Shown here: positions 1 through 12,277 of the stretch, piece by piece
How the letters are laid out: each line of letters starts with the position of its first letter
Numbering within the stretch: position 1 is the first letter of the stretch
Assembly: GCF_001194135.2 (NCBI RefSeq)
Contig: NC_068981.1
Coordinates: forward strand, 169,616,654 to 169,656,549
DNA length: 39,896 nucleotides
Reading direction: 5' to 3'
DNA from: Octopus bimaculoides
Lineage: Eukaryota
Made by a program: the position numbers and the translations under genes
The notes under the pieces: model-generated
Told to the model about the DNA's origin: nothing
The model's input: only the letters and a program-made list of their open reading frames with translations
Database searches by the model: none

Positions 1-55
<55 letters not shown>
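1..55. repeat. (GA)n microsatellite
   Basis: Pure GA dinucleotide run at the window start. Confidence 0.98.
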
Positions 56-58
<3 letters not shown>

Positions 59-433
59 TGGGGAATGTGTAAATAAAGACAGAACTGCAGTAATAATGAC
101 AGGAAAAGTTCGACGAAACAGACTCAGAAAGAAGAAAAAGAGAATACAAACAACATGTAGAGTGTAAGAGACAGAGAAATATTTATGTCACTGAATATAT
201 GTGAAAAGGCAAGTTCTGTGGTGTCTAGCTGATTTCTTGTAAATTAAGTGACTAGTTATACTTCAACAATGAAAAAGAAGAGAAATTTAGAAATAAAGTA
301 ATAAAATTAGTTCGGCAGATATATAATGCAGGATAGAGATAGGAATAAAAAAAGTTCATGATGCAAATTGTTAAAGAACAATATGATAATTCAATAAAAT
401 AAAATGCTATGTCAGTCTATATTTTTCTGTTCC

Positions 434-511
434 TGACCTTGGGCAAGTGTCTTCTACAACAATGTCAGGTCAACCGAAGCCTTGTGAGTGGAATTGGCTA
501 GACGAAAGCTG
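434..511 (+). mobile_element. Fragment of tRNA-derived CORE-type SINE (family B, octopus OR-like)
   Basis: ACCTTGGGCAAGTGTCTTCTAC...AAGCCTTGTGAGTGG matches, reverse-complemented, the copy at 26433-26588 in this window. ACCTTGGGCAAGT is the CORE-SINE (MIR/OR2) motif. Confidence 0.8.
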
Positions 512-1759
512 TAGTTATGCTTCTTTGCTAGACCTAATAAATCGCCCTGTGTAACGCCACCACCTCAGCCTTGGCTACTTTTTAATGCAGTCCATACTAC
601 TAAATATTCAGACGAGATTTATAGTCTAAGAATAATTCGATATTTTGATGTACTGCTTCTTACTGAAGCACGACATGTATGGCTGTTGCGCCTTGCCCTT
701 CTCCCTCACGAGACTCTTACTAAGCTATAAAAAGGGATAAAAAATAAAATTCTTTCATCATGTTTTATCGTAACAGCAATTCATTTTTTTTTATATATAT
801 TTTATAATATAAACTTCAACAAATTATTATAATCGTTAAACATAAGCGTGTTAAATAGAAATTCTCGTATTCGCTTTTTTTTCCAAAAAAATTCTATTTT
901 TTCACTCAAAGACTTTAAAGAAATCACAGGATTAAATATTCCGAAAACCCAAAAAGTTTTTAAAAAAAAATGTATTATCGAGAAAATGTAGAGCTCTTCT
1001 AAGTCACTGAAAAAAAAATTATCTAATGAATATGATTAAAATAGTTGTCATTTTTGACAACACGGCCAGATTGATAAACGAAAGGTTGAGATGTATTTTC
1101 TTTTGATGTAGAAAAGTTGTGAAAGAAGTAAAAAAAGAGGAAAAGAAGAAAAGACAGAAAGAGAAAAAGATAGAGGGAAAGAAACCCATTTTCTGACAGT
1201 TGCCTATTACGTTTTTGAAGGAAAGTATATTGGTTATTAAAACAATCAAGACAGAATAAAGAATGTTTGACATATTTAATTTAGATGTCATCGTCAACTA
1301 CTGAGAGACCTACTGATACTCAGCATCAGTAATTTATTTTTAATCTACACCGTTATCATAAATATATTTCATGTGCTGCGTGATATCACTTAAAGAAACC
1401 ATATTGGAATACAACATTTTATATATATTTCCCTACTAAATAGTATTTTCCTATTCTTCCACTAAACGAAATTTGCATCTACGAGAAGATTCATGTAACA
1501 ATAACTTTTTAAGACGTGGAAACTTTTCATTATTCTCTTAAAGAAAAAGTTTATACAGTAGCTAGATTTGAAGAAGATGCGTTGACTGCATAAAACATAT
1601 ATGATCAATTTGATACTAACTTTGATATCATATATAGCTAATCTTTTAAAGTTGACTAAAACAAATGTGTATGTGTCTTTATACGTATCATGGTAAAAAG
1701 AAAACAAAGATTACACACATGTTTCCTAATTTCAATGGGATTATGAAACACCTGTGAAA

Positions 1760-2032
1760 TATTTGCCCTTTCATAGCATGAACGCTGCTCGGGCTAGAAA
1801 GAATGACCGTTATGTAAACCTCCTCGAGGAATGTGAAGACGCAGCCTGAAAGGCGAAGTGTTTTCCAATGGAAGTCGGATGTAGAGGATTCGTTGGACAC
1901 AGCGTGAGGCGAATCTTGTTGTCGTTAGGCCTAACTCATCGTAAAGCAAATAACATCATGGGTGATGTGCAAACTACGGTGGAAAAGGCTAGCCATTGGC
2001 TTTGGTTAAAAAGAGATATTAGCGATGGTTAG
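1760..2032 (+). mobile_element. HERO-like RLE non-LTR retrotransposon, C-terminal endonuclease fragment (5'-truncated)
   Basis: One frame reads ARARKNDRYVNLLEECEDAA*KAKCFPMEVGCRGFVGHSVRRILLSLGL...VEKASHWLWLKRD. EVGCRGF (1871-1891) and ASxWLWxKR are HERO-clade RLE motifs. One internal stop (TGA 1847-1849, at an expected Trp). Confidence 0.8.
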
Positions 2033-2056
2033 AAGAATGTTGAGCTATATCTGATA

Positions 2057-2197
2057 ACCAGCAACATCAGTTGTCAAGCACTGGTGGGAGTACAAACACA
2101 AGACACGCACACACATATGCATATATACGACAATCTTCCTTCAGTTTCCGAGTACGAAATCCACTCACAAACTTTTGGTTGGCCTGAGGCTATAATA
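2057..2197 (-). mobile_element. Family B SINE, central/3' fragment
   Basis: Minus strand reads TATAGCCTCAGGCCAACCAAAAGTTTGTGAGTGGATTTCGTACTCGGAAACTGAAGGAAG...GTCGTATATATG...GCTTGACAACTGATG, sharing blocks with the copies at 434, 17676 and 26433. Confidence 0.8.
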
Positions 2198-2198
2198 A

Positions 2199-2201
<3 letters not shown>

Positions 2202-2262
<61 letters not shown>
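2202..2262. repeat. (TA)n(TG)n compound microsatellite
   Basis: Seen directly. Confidence 0.97.
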
Positions 2263-2905
2263 AGTAGCTGACATACCCGGTATTTCCCGCGAAACCGGCA
2301 TTATCCCATGGTGGCGTTCTTATAATTCTTTCGCTAATCCAGTAACAACAATACAAAGTATGAAACCCTTCAAACGGTTTTTGTGTATTTATTGACAATA
2401 CCGATCTGTCTTACACAGGATCTTGGTTTTAGGAATTGCCAATAAGTTATGAAAACCCGAATTGTGAAGTCAGTCATGTAATAACATGAAATTAATTACC
2501 CTGTAGTAAGAATTCAAATAAAGTAGCCCTGAAAAAGGCTTTAATACGTTCACAGAGTATATAGAACATAGGGAGGAAATACTAATAAGGTATGTATACT
2601 AAAATCGTGAAACATGTTACGTAATAACAGGCTAATCAGATATATGATAATAACAATTCAAAGTAATTAGCTGTGAAAAAAAGCTTTTGTGCGTCTCCAG
2701 ATAATATTACCCTCAGCAGCACTAGTGTTGGTATATTCGAGAATTAGTCACTAACCGAAATAAGTGGATCTATTGTTTAGGAGAATACTATTTACTTGTT
2801 TAAGCGTTGTATTGGATAAATTGCGAAAATAACTAAAATAGTTCAAATACTAAGAAATAAGCATACTGAAAATCAACGGGTTATTTCCCTTGGTGATTAT
2901 TTCCA
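2263..2905 (+). mobile_element. Possible non-autonomous Helitron/Helentron-like (HINE/DINE-like) element
   Basis: Starts TAGCTGACATACCCGG right after a TA/TG microsatellite. Has a subterminal hairpin (CCGG-TA-TTTC/GAAA-CCGG, 2277-2298) and degenerate internal repeats (TAGCCCTGAAAAAGGCTTT about 2523; TAGCTGTGAAAAAAAGCTTT about 2669). The 3' end is hidden by a gap. Confidence 0.3.
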
Positions 2906-3370
2906 NNNNNNNNNNNNNNNNNNNNNNNNNNNNNNNNNNNNNNNNNNNNNNNNNNNNNNNNNNNNNNNNNNNNNNNNNNNNNNNNNNNNNNNNNNNNNNN
3001 NNNNNNNNNNNNNNNNNNNNNNNNNNNNNNNNNNNNNNNNNNNNNNNNNNNNNNNNNNNNNNNNNNNNNNNNNNNNNNNNNNNNNNNNNNNNNNNNNNNN
3101 NNNNNNNNNNNNNNNNNNNNNNNNNNNNNNNNNNNNNNNNNNNNNNNNNNNNNNNNNNNNNNNNNNNNNNNNNNNNNNNNNNNNNNNNNNNNNNNNNNNN
3201 NNNNNNNNNNNNNNNNNNNNNNNNNNNNNNNNNNNNNNNNNNNNNNNNNNNNNNNNNNNNNNNNNNNNNNNNNNNNNNNNNNNNNNNNNNNNNNNNNNNN
3301 NNNNNNNNNNNNNNNNNNNNNNNNNNNNNNNNNNNNNNNNNNNNNNNNNNNNNNNNNNNNNNNNNNNNNN
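2906..3370. other. Assembly gap (N run)
   Basis: N run. Confidence 0.99.
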
Positions 3371-3560
3371 GTTGCATGCCTCGTTTCTGTTTTTTTCGTT
3401 GTTCGAAAATGTTCGTTTTTATGTTTCCGTTTCTCATTATGTTTAACTATTTTTTGATATCCTGTACCCATATATGCATGTATGTATACATATAGATGTA
3501 GGTATGTACATATATGTATGGATATATGGATACATGGATATAGTAATATATTATTTATAT
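3371..3560 (+). repeat. Copy 1 of a diverged inverted duplication (partner 27627-27834)
   Basis: Reverse complement of 27627-27834; 3476-3528 is identical over 53 bp to the reverse complement of 27656-27708. Confidence 0.9.
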
Positions 3561-4305
3561 TATATATATATATATATATATATAGCGCTTACGTTATCTA
3601 GTGCAGTTCCTTTGCCTATATGGGCTATGATTGCACTGCAATAGAGGCATCCCTGTCCCATTTCCTGCGTCATTAGTTAAGTTCACGTTTCCTCTCTGTT
3701 CAAAGCAGACATATGCACTATGTGATATACGAAAAATAAGATTGAAGAATTGTATTTTAAGAGAAAATAATGTATATTGGCAGACGATTTTACGAATGAT
3801 AAGAAGATGCAAAATCTGTTAAGTTGTTGTTGACAGTGTTTGTTTCAGATGATATCCAGAAGAAAATTTTTCAAGCGACAATGACCGGATTTATGTACAA
3901 AGAAAAACAAAGAAATCCCGACAAAAATGCGTGTGCAAGCTGCACACACAAATATATACACCCATTCACACTTCTTCTTAACATCGCTCTTATCAATAAG
4001 AAATACTACAAATATTACTACAAAACGAAACACTTTCGCGAGCTAGTGTTTTGGTTGATGAAAAGAACGTCCGTATATGACTGGTAATTGTTAAGTTACC
4101 TTCCTGGAAGAGGCAAGGCAGCTTTCAGGTAAGCAGGATTTGAACTGAACCATTTAAAATAATATATAACGATAATGATGATGTTGATGGGTTTTTAATC
4201 ACATGACGGGCTACGGAAAGCTTGTGGATGCCTAAGGTTACAGGTTTTAACGTGCTAGCCGCATAAATTCTACCAGAAATAGAAATGATCCTAACTCAAA
4301 TCATC

Positions 4306-4306
<1 letters not shown>

Positions 4307-4351
<45 letters not shown>

Positions 4352-4567
4352 GTGGTTTCAAATTTTGCCACAAGGCAGCCATTTTAGGGGAGGGGATGTG
4401 TCGATTACATCGACCCCAGTCTTTCGCTGATACTTAATTTATCGACCCCGAAAGGATAGAAGGCAAAGTCCACTACGGCGGAATTTGAACTCAGAGCGTA
4501 GCTATTGACAACATACCGTTAATCATTTCGCCCGGCGTCCTAATGATTCTGTTACCTCACTGCCTTA
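4307..4567 (-). mobile_element. Near full-length tRNA-derived SINE (family A) with (TTA)n tail
   Basis: Minus strand: TAAGGCAGTGAGGTAACAGAATCATTAGGACGCCGGGC (A-box region), B-box GAGTTCAAATTCC (plus 4480-4492), body GACTTTGCCTT...GGGGTCGATAAATTAAGTA...GGGGTCGATGTAATCGAC, then (TTA)n tail (plus (AAT)n 4307-4350). Confidence 0.9.
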
Positions 4568-4619
4568 ACCACACTAATAATGGGAGGATGTAAGGTTCAT
4601 ATGTGATCAAAGAAACCAT

Positions 4620-6340
4620 AGTCGAAGCCTGTAGATAATGGATGATGAGTCTGATGCGGCATCGATCGTCTCCCATTTGGCTTACAATGTTCGCCATACG
4701 TAGATTCCGGAAATATTAGCTATACATAAGACAGAACTGATAAGATACTACAGATGGGTGTAAAACTTCATGAAGAAATCTCAAACAATTATGCTGATAC
4801 AAACAATAAAGGGTTTTTCAAAATTTAAGCATATCTGCTGTAGAAATGGAATATTTCATTTTGAGCTTAAATCCATTTTCGTTTGTTGTGTGATGTTAAC
4901 ACCTTTGACCAGCAGGTTAAAGAAGATTAGACTCGCATATAAATGCTATGAGATTGCAATTAGCCAAATCTTTATATACTGACAATCTCAAACTGTAATC
5001 AGCAAATGATAAACTACTTGAAACATGGTCGCAGATTTTGTGTAAATTTCCTGAAAGAATTTATACGAAATTTGGATTAGAAAATCACAGGAATGTAATA
5101 TCGAAAATGGGGTAATTCATTAAGAACTTTAATGAAATGCTAAATAAAGAATCAGCTGGGAGTAATATTCACCATGCATATTTAGAAATAATTAAGAATC
5201 AATGATTTGAAGAGGTTTTATCAGAAAAAGGGAAGGAAAATGAAGAAGAAATACTTTAGACGCGTTTAATAAATTCTTAAAACATATCTGAAGGCACAAA
5301 TAAATTGCAATACATCAGTTGTTCCAGTAACTACCCCATTAATAGGTTATAGTAATAATAGATTAAACTGGACGCTAAAGAAACTACAAAGACGGCAGAA
5401 AAATACGAAATTTATTGACTGCTTTTAGAATGACCTTGTAAAATCTAACATACAAATATTTTAACCTCTAACGGAAAAAAACTGTGGCATACAACTTTAA
5501 TATGTTATCCCCTCTGTGGGTTTAAAAATAAGGAAAACTAACACAAATACCTGCAAAACGAACAGAACTATTTACTGTTAATAGATGAAAAAAATAAGTA
5601 CCACTTAAAAATGCGAGACAACAGCCAAAACCACAGAAAATCCTAAAAAACTAAATTCAAATTTGTTCTACAGTATGTTCTACTATATTGATGAAAGAGA
5701 AACGGTGTAGTGACCAGCATTAGAAGAAAAAGGATAACCATTTACTGAAGTGCAGAAAACGATGCTGATGTTAAAGATTTGCTTTTTGCGATAATGGATC
5801 AAAGTTTTCTCCTTAGAAATTACCTAATATATGTAATGAAGTCGGATATATGAAATAACTTCAGAAGTATGGAATATGCATATGTTGGGATGATAAAATT
5901 AATTCCGGTTGTCTACTCTTAGAGAAGAAAATTACATAATTGAAGGCAGGGTAGTAAAGAGCTGGGTATTTATGCATTCAAAGCGATTTCTGCATTGTGA
6001 AATACCAACGTAAATGATGTGTCAAACGTATATAACAGACAAAAATATCAGTGGATGTGATAGAGGGATATTCTGAGCGAATCAAGGAGATCATCGCTCA
6101 CTGTCGGTTATAAGTACCGATCCTAAGAGGCAATAATATATTTCTTCGCGACACAGAAAATTCAATCCAATATAAACATCCGGAAATAGAGATAATCAGA
6201 ATGTGGACCCAGAAAGCAATCGCTATTGTAATAGGTGCCTTGGGATTGAGCGAAGCATGCATACGTTAATATAACAAATATCCAGGACTTACAAATATAT
6301 AAACATGCAAGGAAGAAAACCAATAGAGACTGATCTGTAC
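4620..6340 (+). mobile_element. Decayed R4/Dong-like RLE non-LTR retrotransposon (RT, post-RT, RLE)
   Basis: With frameshifts and stops: RT region GIFHFELKSIFVCCVMLTPLTSRL...ISQIF/YTDNLKL (degenerate YMDDLKL, 4975-4986) and KFGLE; post-RT KKKYFRRV**ILKT (5240) and NWTLKKLQR; DQSFLLRNY (5797); C-terminal EIIRMWTQKAIAIVIGALGL (6189-6248). Confidence 0.85.
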
Positions 6341-6554
6341 AGGATAAAGTGTTTTTAATACAAATACGAAACCAAAAGAATATAATTATTAATTCTCACA
6401 GAAGTAGAGATGTGTTGGACAGTGCGCAAAATGCTAGCAATAAAAAATAAGGCTACAGAAAAGTAAGTATAAGAAGAAACTACTCTACCAGTGGAATGTG
6501 TTTGACATCACCACAAACTGAATATAAAGCCTCAAGAAAAATGCAGTTTTATAT

Positions 6555-6756
6555 TGTTTTCAGATTTTGGTACAAAGCCAGCAATTTCGGGAAAATGGGT
6601 AAATCAATTACATCGACCATAGTAGTTTTTATCTTCTAAACCCCAAAGGAAAGCCAAAGTCAACCTCAGCGGAATTCGATCTCAACGCGAAGGCGGTAGA
6701 AATGCCGCTAAGCATTTTGCTCTGCCTGCTAACGGTACAGCCAGCTCGCTGCCTTA
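6555..6756 (-). mobile_element. Family A SINE (diverged)
   Basis: Colinear with 4352-4567: TAAGGCAGCGAGCTGGC...GTTAGCAGGCAG...ATCGAATTCCGCTGAGGTTGACTTTGGC...CCAAAATCTGAAAAC on the minus strand. Confidence 0.85.
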
Positions 6757-8362
6757 TAGTTATATTATATTAGACGGGGTTTTTACATCGATACATTCAA
6801 TCAATTTTCAACATCACTTATAGGAGTATAGAATTATTGGTTTGAATATCTAGGCACATACATACTAAACGACTGCAACAGCATCCATTGCCAAAAACAT
6901 TGTAAACAGCGTCTTGTATCACAAAAATCATTATAAATCATGCAGGTGATCATGATCAAACATACACAGATATTATTTGGATTGGACAAAGGCTATATGA
7001 GAGTAAAAATAACAAATATTCAACCACATGGTCAATACAAGTTTATTGAAGACGATAGAATATAAGTTTATAAAGAAGGACGGTTAAATTTTTTTAAGAA
7101 TGCTGTAAATAGAGCAAATCTTGATAAATGTATTTATAATGGTAATGGCGGTTAGTATTAATAGCGATTGTTATACTGTTGTTATCATGAGCATGACAGT
7201 ATTAATCCTCTAATTAGCAATATCACACGTCATGTTCCCTTCCACTTTTAAATTTCATTAGCGACATGAAACCTAGCTGTGTTCCGACTAAAATCCGGGA
7301 GCTTTCGCAGTGATTGAACAAGAGCTTTACAAAACATTTATGAATCTACCAAGAACAAGCTAAGACTATCGATATGACCCCTTAGGCAGTTGTTTTTAGA
7401 AAACCTACACTTGAATACCAAGCTAAACATGTAACGGTTTAAGAAGTTTACAACTGAAAATTTAATTTCTAGTATAGCAATACCCTGTGATAGAAACATA
7501 AAAACCACATAGAAATCAAGCGATATCTTTGCTTTCAAAGTGACACAATAGAAAATGCGGCATTCAAGAAAACAGTGTATCAAAGCAAACGAGAAGAATC
7601 ATCAACAAAGCTAAATGTTTAGAAGGACAAATGAAGGTATAACATAGATATTCTGTCAGCAATGTTTTGATTGTAGCAGATAATCCTTACAGAAAATTTA
7701 AGAATCTACTGTCTATGATAATTACGTGTGGCAAAAAGAATGGAAAAAGGTGATTGCTATCATTTGAGTGTTAAGCAACATTTGATGAAGAATATATCGC
7801 ATTAAACCAGATCTGTCCTCTCAAAATTACATTTCTGAAAGCAGCCTGCAAATATAAAGAGCATAATGTGCACTAACTGCATAGGAATAGATAAGATATT
7901 CACTAACAAATCGTTAGATGAATGCTGGACCACCATTTCTGGAAACCAAGCGAAAGTTATGCGACATGAATAGAACTAAAAAAGCATTACAAAGCATTAC
8001 AAGGGTAGCTTATTTGGTAATTACTTTAAACCGTCTACGATGCTGGAAAAGTTTTGTCATTTGAAACCTTGAAAGTAATTGTTGATAAATGTGTTGTATA
8101 GTATACACAAAGATAACTTTCACTCTCAACATTCTCTTAAACAATTAAGACCAAGTGCTTAGATAGCTCTTTACTTTTATGACAACAAAGAGACGTAAGC
8201 AAAGACCATCGTATAGCCATCACAGTAACACTTGTCTGACAGTCATTTGCAAAATGTTTTCCTGAGTATCATCCGACAGTATGACTGAATAGTTAGTTGG
8301 TCAAGAAGCTGCTTAAAAATAACCTGCTGATGTACCATGCTGCTCGAAATAACGAGCTTGAT

Positions 8363-8575
8363 TAAGATGGTGAGTTGGTAGAATCGTTAGTACGCTGGAT
8401 AAAAAACAGTGTTTCTTCCATCTTTATGTTCTGCGTTTAAATTCCACTGAGGTCGCCTTTACTTTTCATCCGTTTGGAGGAGACAAAATAAGTACCATTT
8501 GAGCACTGGTGTTGAATTTATTCACTTACCCCCTTTCTCCTAAAATGACAGGCATAGGGTCCAAATTTGAAACGA
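8363..8575 (+). mobile_element. Family A SINE (diverged)
   Basis: TAAGATGGTGAGTTGGTAGAATCGTTAGTACGCTGG...TTTAAATTCCACTGAGGTCGCCTTTACTTTTCATCC...AAGTACC...CCAAATTTGAAAC; reverse complement of the copies at 4352 and 6555. Confidence 0.85.
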
Positions 8576-9310
8576 AAATAACATGATTGATTTGAAAGAA
8601 TTTGATTTGATTGTCCATGCCAAACTAATGCAAAAATATTTCATCTTTGTTCTCTTGTTCACTTCTCAACTTTAACGACTTTTATTTTCAAGGAATTTGC
8701 TGATTCTTTTCTTTCCTTGTCTTTATTTTATTTGTTTGATAATTGTATTCTTGCTCGTCTGTGGTTACTTGAAAGTCTTGTTGTTCGGCAAAGCCTTCCA
8801 GCTGGCAGTCTATCATCAATTGTTGGCGCTATCATATATTCTACACTCCTTTGATTGTTGCTTCCGTCTTTTTTTTTTTTTGCCGTGTGTATTTAGCCAT
8901 TGTTCTTGTTGTAGATGCAGTGTTGGTAGAAACAAAAGTTGTCACTCAACACACTATTCAGCTCTCCTATGGTTCATAACACTCTGTCATATTTTGCTCT
9001 CCAGCATATTTAACATTGAGGTTTCTGCCCTTCACTACTATTCGCATTATATTACACTATTCGGGGCAGAATCTTTCATATACGAAATCTCTAGAAAAAA
9101 ATTCATGCACTTTTCCGTTCGAATTGTTTGTTGGGTGGATTTAATAACTATCACTTCCTTTGATCTCCAACTGTTTCCTTAACTTTGACTTGGTCTTTAC
9201 CTGGTGGTACCTTTGTCATCAATGTTACAGCGCGATTTCCAATGAAGAATGATATTAGTACAATTTCTTGTACGATGCAAATTGCGGTTGGGATTCTTTG
9301 TTTCTCTTAC

Positions 9311-10317
9311 TCAATATGACTGCTTGGTGCCACCGTATTCTGCTAACACCACGTAGTTCACCTCACCTAATATAACATTCAAGTCCGTTTGGGTTTGAGC
9401 TGGCGTAGCGTATTGCAATCTCTTATGCATTCGGTTTATACATATGTACGTACCCGTACAACAGATGGCGTTTGCAAACATTACGACACTAGTTCGTTTT
9501 ATGTAACTCATATTCTTACTGAGTTTATTTTTGCCCTTACTTTAAGCAAATATTAGGCTCAAGCATTTGCTACACCGTCAAATGAAGGAAATGTGTCGAC
9601 CATTTCCATATTACTACTGCTGTTGTTGAAGTTGAAATCTTTGCTTCTGTTGGTAGTGTTGCCATTGTAATTGCTGTTATTGATAGTGGTTGCTGTCGTT
9701 GTTCCTGTTCCTTGTGTTGCTGCATGGTGCTAACTCAATAGCTTTCAAATGAATTGTTGTCTGCAAGTGTGCTGTCACATTTGCTCTCGGTGGTGAAGTT
9801 AAAATTCTCCTTTAGGATAACAGCATTGACGACGGATATAATGCTCTTGACTCAGGTATGAGAAGGGCTGGCAAATGAGTCTGTAGATTCTTGTTTAGGT
9901 GAATAAATGCATGATGGCTTGCAGTAAAAAAATAAATGATTATCCTTTATATCCGCCGTTCCTTTTTCAACAATTTGCACTAAGCAGTTTGCAAATATTT
10001 TTTCTAAGTATTTAAAAACTGAATATTAGAGCGGTCATAAAAAATCATTCTGCAATGAAAAATATAAATTTTATACAAAACCATTGAGATTTTTTTGTAA
10101 GCAGAAACAAGTTTTCAGTAATGGTAATCATCCTTGTTAAACCTTAACACTTCTATGCATGATTTCCAATGTGTTTCAAATTCTTGGTTTACGAAAGGAA
10201 TTTCTTGATGTATTCCTGAAACCGTGAGAATACTATTAATGAGACGGCGTATTTCTCTTTCTATCTTCTGTAATGGCAAAAACTGAATTTCTGTTGACAA
10301 CCACGTTGCTTTGACTT
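9311..10317 (-). pseudogene. Decayed coding-like segment, tentatively RNF213-like stalk region
   Basis: Strong acceptor ttttttttcttcttcag| at 10318, then an open frame VKATWLSTEIQFLPLQKIEREIRRLINSILTVSGIHQEIPFVNQEFETHWKSCIEVLR. Further stop-interrupted frames: YLEKIFANCLVQIVEKG, KSIISVVNAVILKEN, ICCTGTYICIN. The family assignment is weak and from memory. Confidence 0.35.
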
Positions 10318-10642
10318 CTGAAGAAGAAAAAAATGGAAAAGGAAAAGAATAAAATTCTTTAAGATTTACTATTTTCCTTCTAATTGAAATGTTCTTTCAT
10401 TTTATGGCTGCCTCTCATATTTGTTAAAAATCGTTGCATGGAATCGAAAACTGAAAATTCGTCACAACATAGAAGATATTCTCACTTTGAGATCGCCTAA
10501 ATGGCTGTGTTTATGTTTTCGTTTATTTTTCTTTTTAGAAATGAACAAGAAAAAATAATAAAAAATCTCGTTCAAAGGACATCACATTTGACGTTCGACT
10601 GATCAAATTTTTCGCATTTTTATATCGAATGTTTGTGTGAGT

Positions 10643-10651
10643 ATAAGTGTT

Positions 10652-10694
<43 letters not shown>

Positions 10695-10770
10695 GAGAGA
10701 GAGAGAGATAGAGAGAGAGTGAGAGAGAGAGAGGGGAGAGGTGGAGTGAGGGAAAGAAAGAGAGATTATA
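10643..10770. repeat. (GA)n purine-rich microsatellite
   Basis: Seen directly. Confidence 0.95.
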
Positions 10771-10928
10771 ACTTTTCCATAGAAGTGATATCACATGAAA
10801 AAATATTCAGACAAGAGAAGCCATGAAAAAAAAAATGTGATGAAACAATAATAGACACAATTTTAAAATGACTCTATATTAAAAGAAAATACGGAATTAC
10901 GTAAAAAATATTGGAAACAAACTTGAAG

Positions 10929-11100
10929 GATGATAATAATGATGATGATGATGATGATGATGATAGTGGTGCTGGTGGTGATAATGGTGTTGGTGGTGGT
11001 GATGATGAAGATGGTGATGATTAAGACAATGGTGATGTTGGTGGTGGTGATGAAGATGGTGGTGGCAGTGCTGAGACAGACGGTTATGATGTTGCTGCTG
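10929..11100. repeat. Cryptic (GAT/GGT)n trinucleotide repeat
   Basis: Mixed GAT/GGT/GCT triplets; the Met/Val-rich ORF here is a by-product. Confidence 0.9.
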
Positions 11101-12099
11101 CTGGGGGAGGGGAGGGTTTTCGGCGAAGGAAGAGCAGGTGAAAGTAGAACGGAATAATTGTTATCTCTTTCTCATTGCACCATAAATTTCTAAGCCTGAT
11201 CTAACAGTAACCAGTACTGGACAATATGAGTTTCGGAAACACCAGTATCAGCCTTATATATACTAAGCAGCTTAACTATTCATAACTTCTAAAGCAGTTT
11301 TTGCAAACAGAATACGTTTATTATGCATTCTGAGACACAAGTATATAACAATTATTGGAAAAAATATACTTTACAACAAGGATGAATAAAATGACCCTTT
11401 CCAGGAATATTTTGGTATCATTATAATAACAAGCGTTATATTAATTTCAAGGTATAGTGTGGTTATGAATTTGCTACCATACAGTTCTTTTCCTTATTTC
11501 AGTTTTAGAGGAAACAGTCTAGATTTTCACCTGAAATTATCAAATAAGTCACTATTTTCTACTATTATCGTCGCTTGATCTATCTAGTGCAGCCTATAAA
11601 TTTTCTTTTAAAAGTTAAAGCTGCTCAGTTTTAATATTTAGACATTGTACGTCTTAAATAGTTATATACTGAAATACTATGAATCTCGGTACTGAACCAA
11701 TAAATAATATCATTTACTAAATGATGTAATTTTTTTTCAAACAAAGCTGGACGAAATGAAACAAAAAACCCCTCCAAAAACAATATTAACTGAATGGTAT
11801 TTACTCCTACATTAACTTACAAGCGTTTCTTAGAAGGCTTATTGCATTAATGTAACACAAGCAACGAAATACTTAAGAAAATTCGATCATAGTTTGTCGA
11901 CATACATACCAACGCAGCGCCCTCTCTACTATTACGTATATGCTATCTAGATTACACTTTCGATTATTTGGCATTGGAAATCATATTCCACTGTCTAGGG
12001 CATTTAATTTGACTAACGCATCTTAAGGTGGACACAGACACACTGACAATAAACGTATAGATCTGAACAGAAGAATACCTACATCGCAAGTATAGATTC

Positions 12100-12112
12100 A
12101 CACACACACACG

Positions 12113-12207
<95 letters not shown>

Positions 12208-12277
12208 ACACACACATACACACACACACAAACAAACACACAAACACACACACAAACACACGCACACACACACACAC
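12100..12277. repeat. Long (CA)n microsatellite
   Basis: Seen directly. Confidence 0.98.

Noticed and set aside
726-733. TATAAAAA TATA-box-like word
   Set aside because: No downstream gene or initiator evidence; common in AT-rich sequence.
8697-9182. 161-aa hydrophobic plus-strand ORF
   Set aside because: T-rich antisense shadow of an A-rich minus strand; TTG start and no motif.
10930-11157. Met/Val-rich ORF resembling a transmembrane peptide
   Set aside because: Translation of a GAT/GGT triplet repeat.
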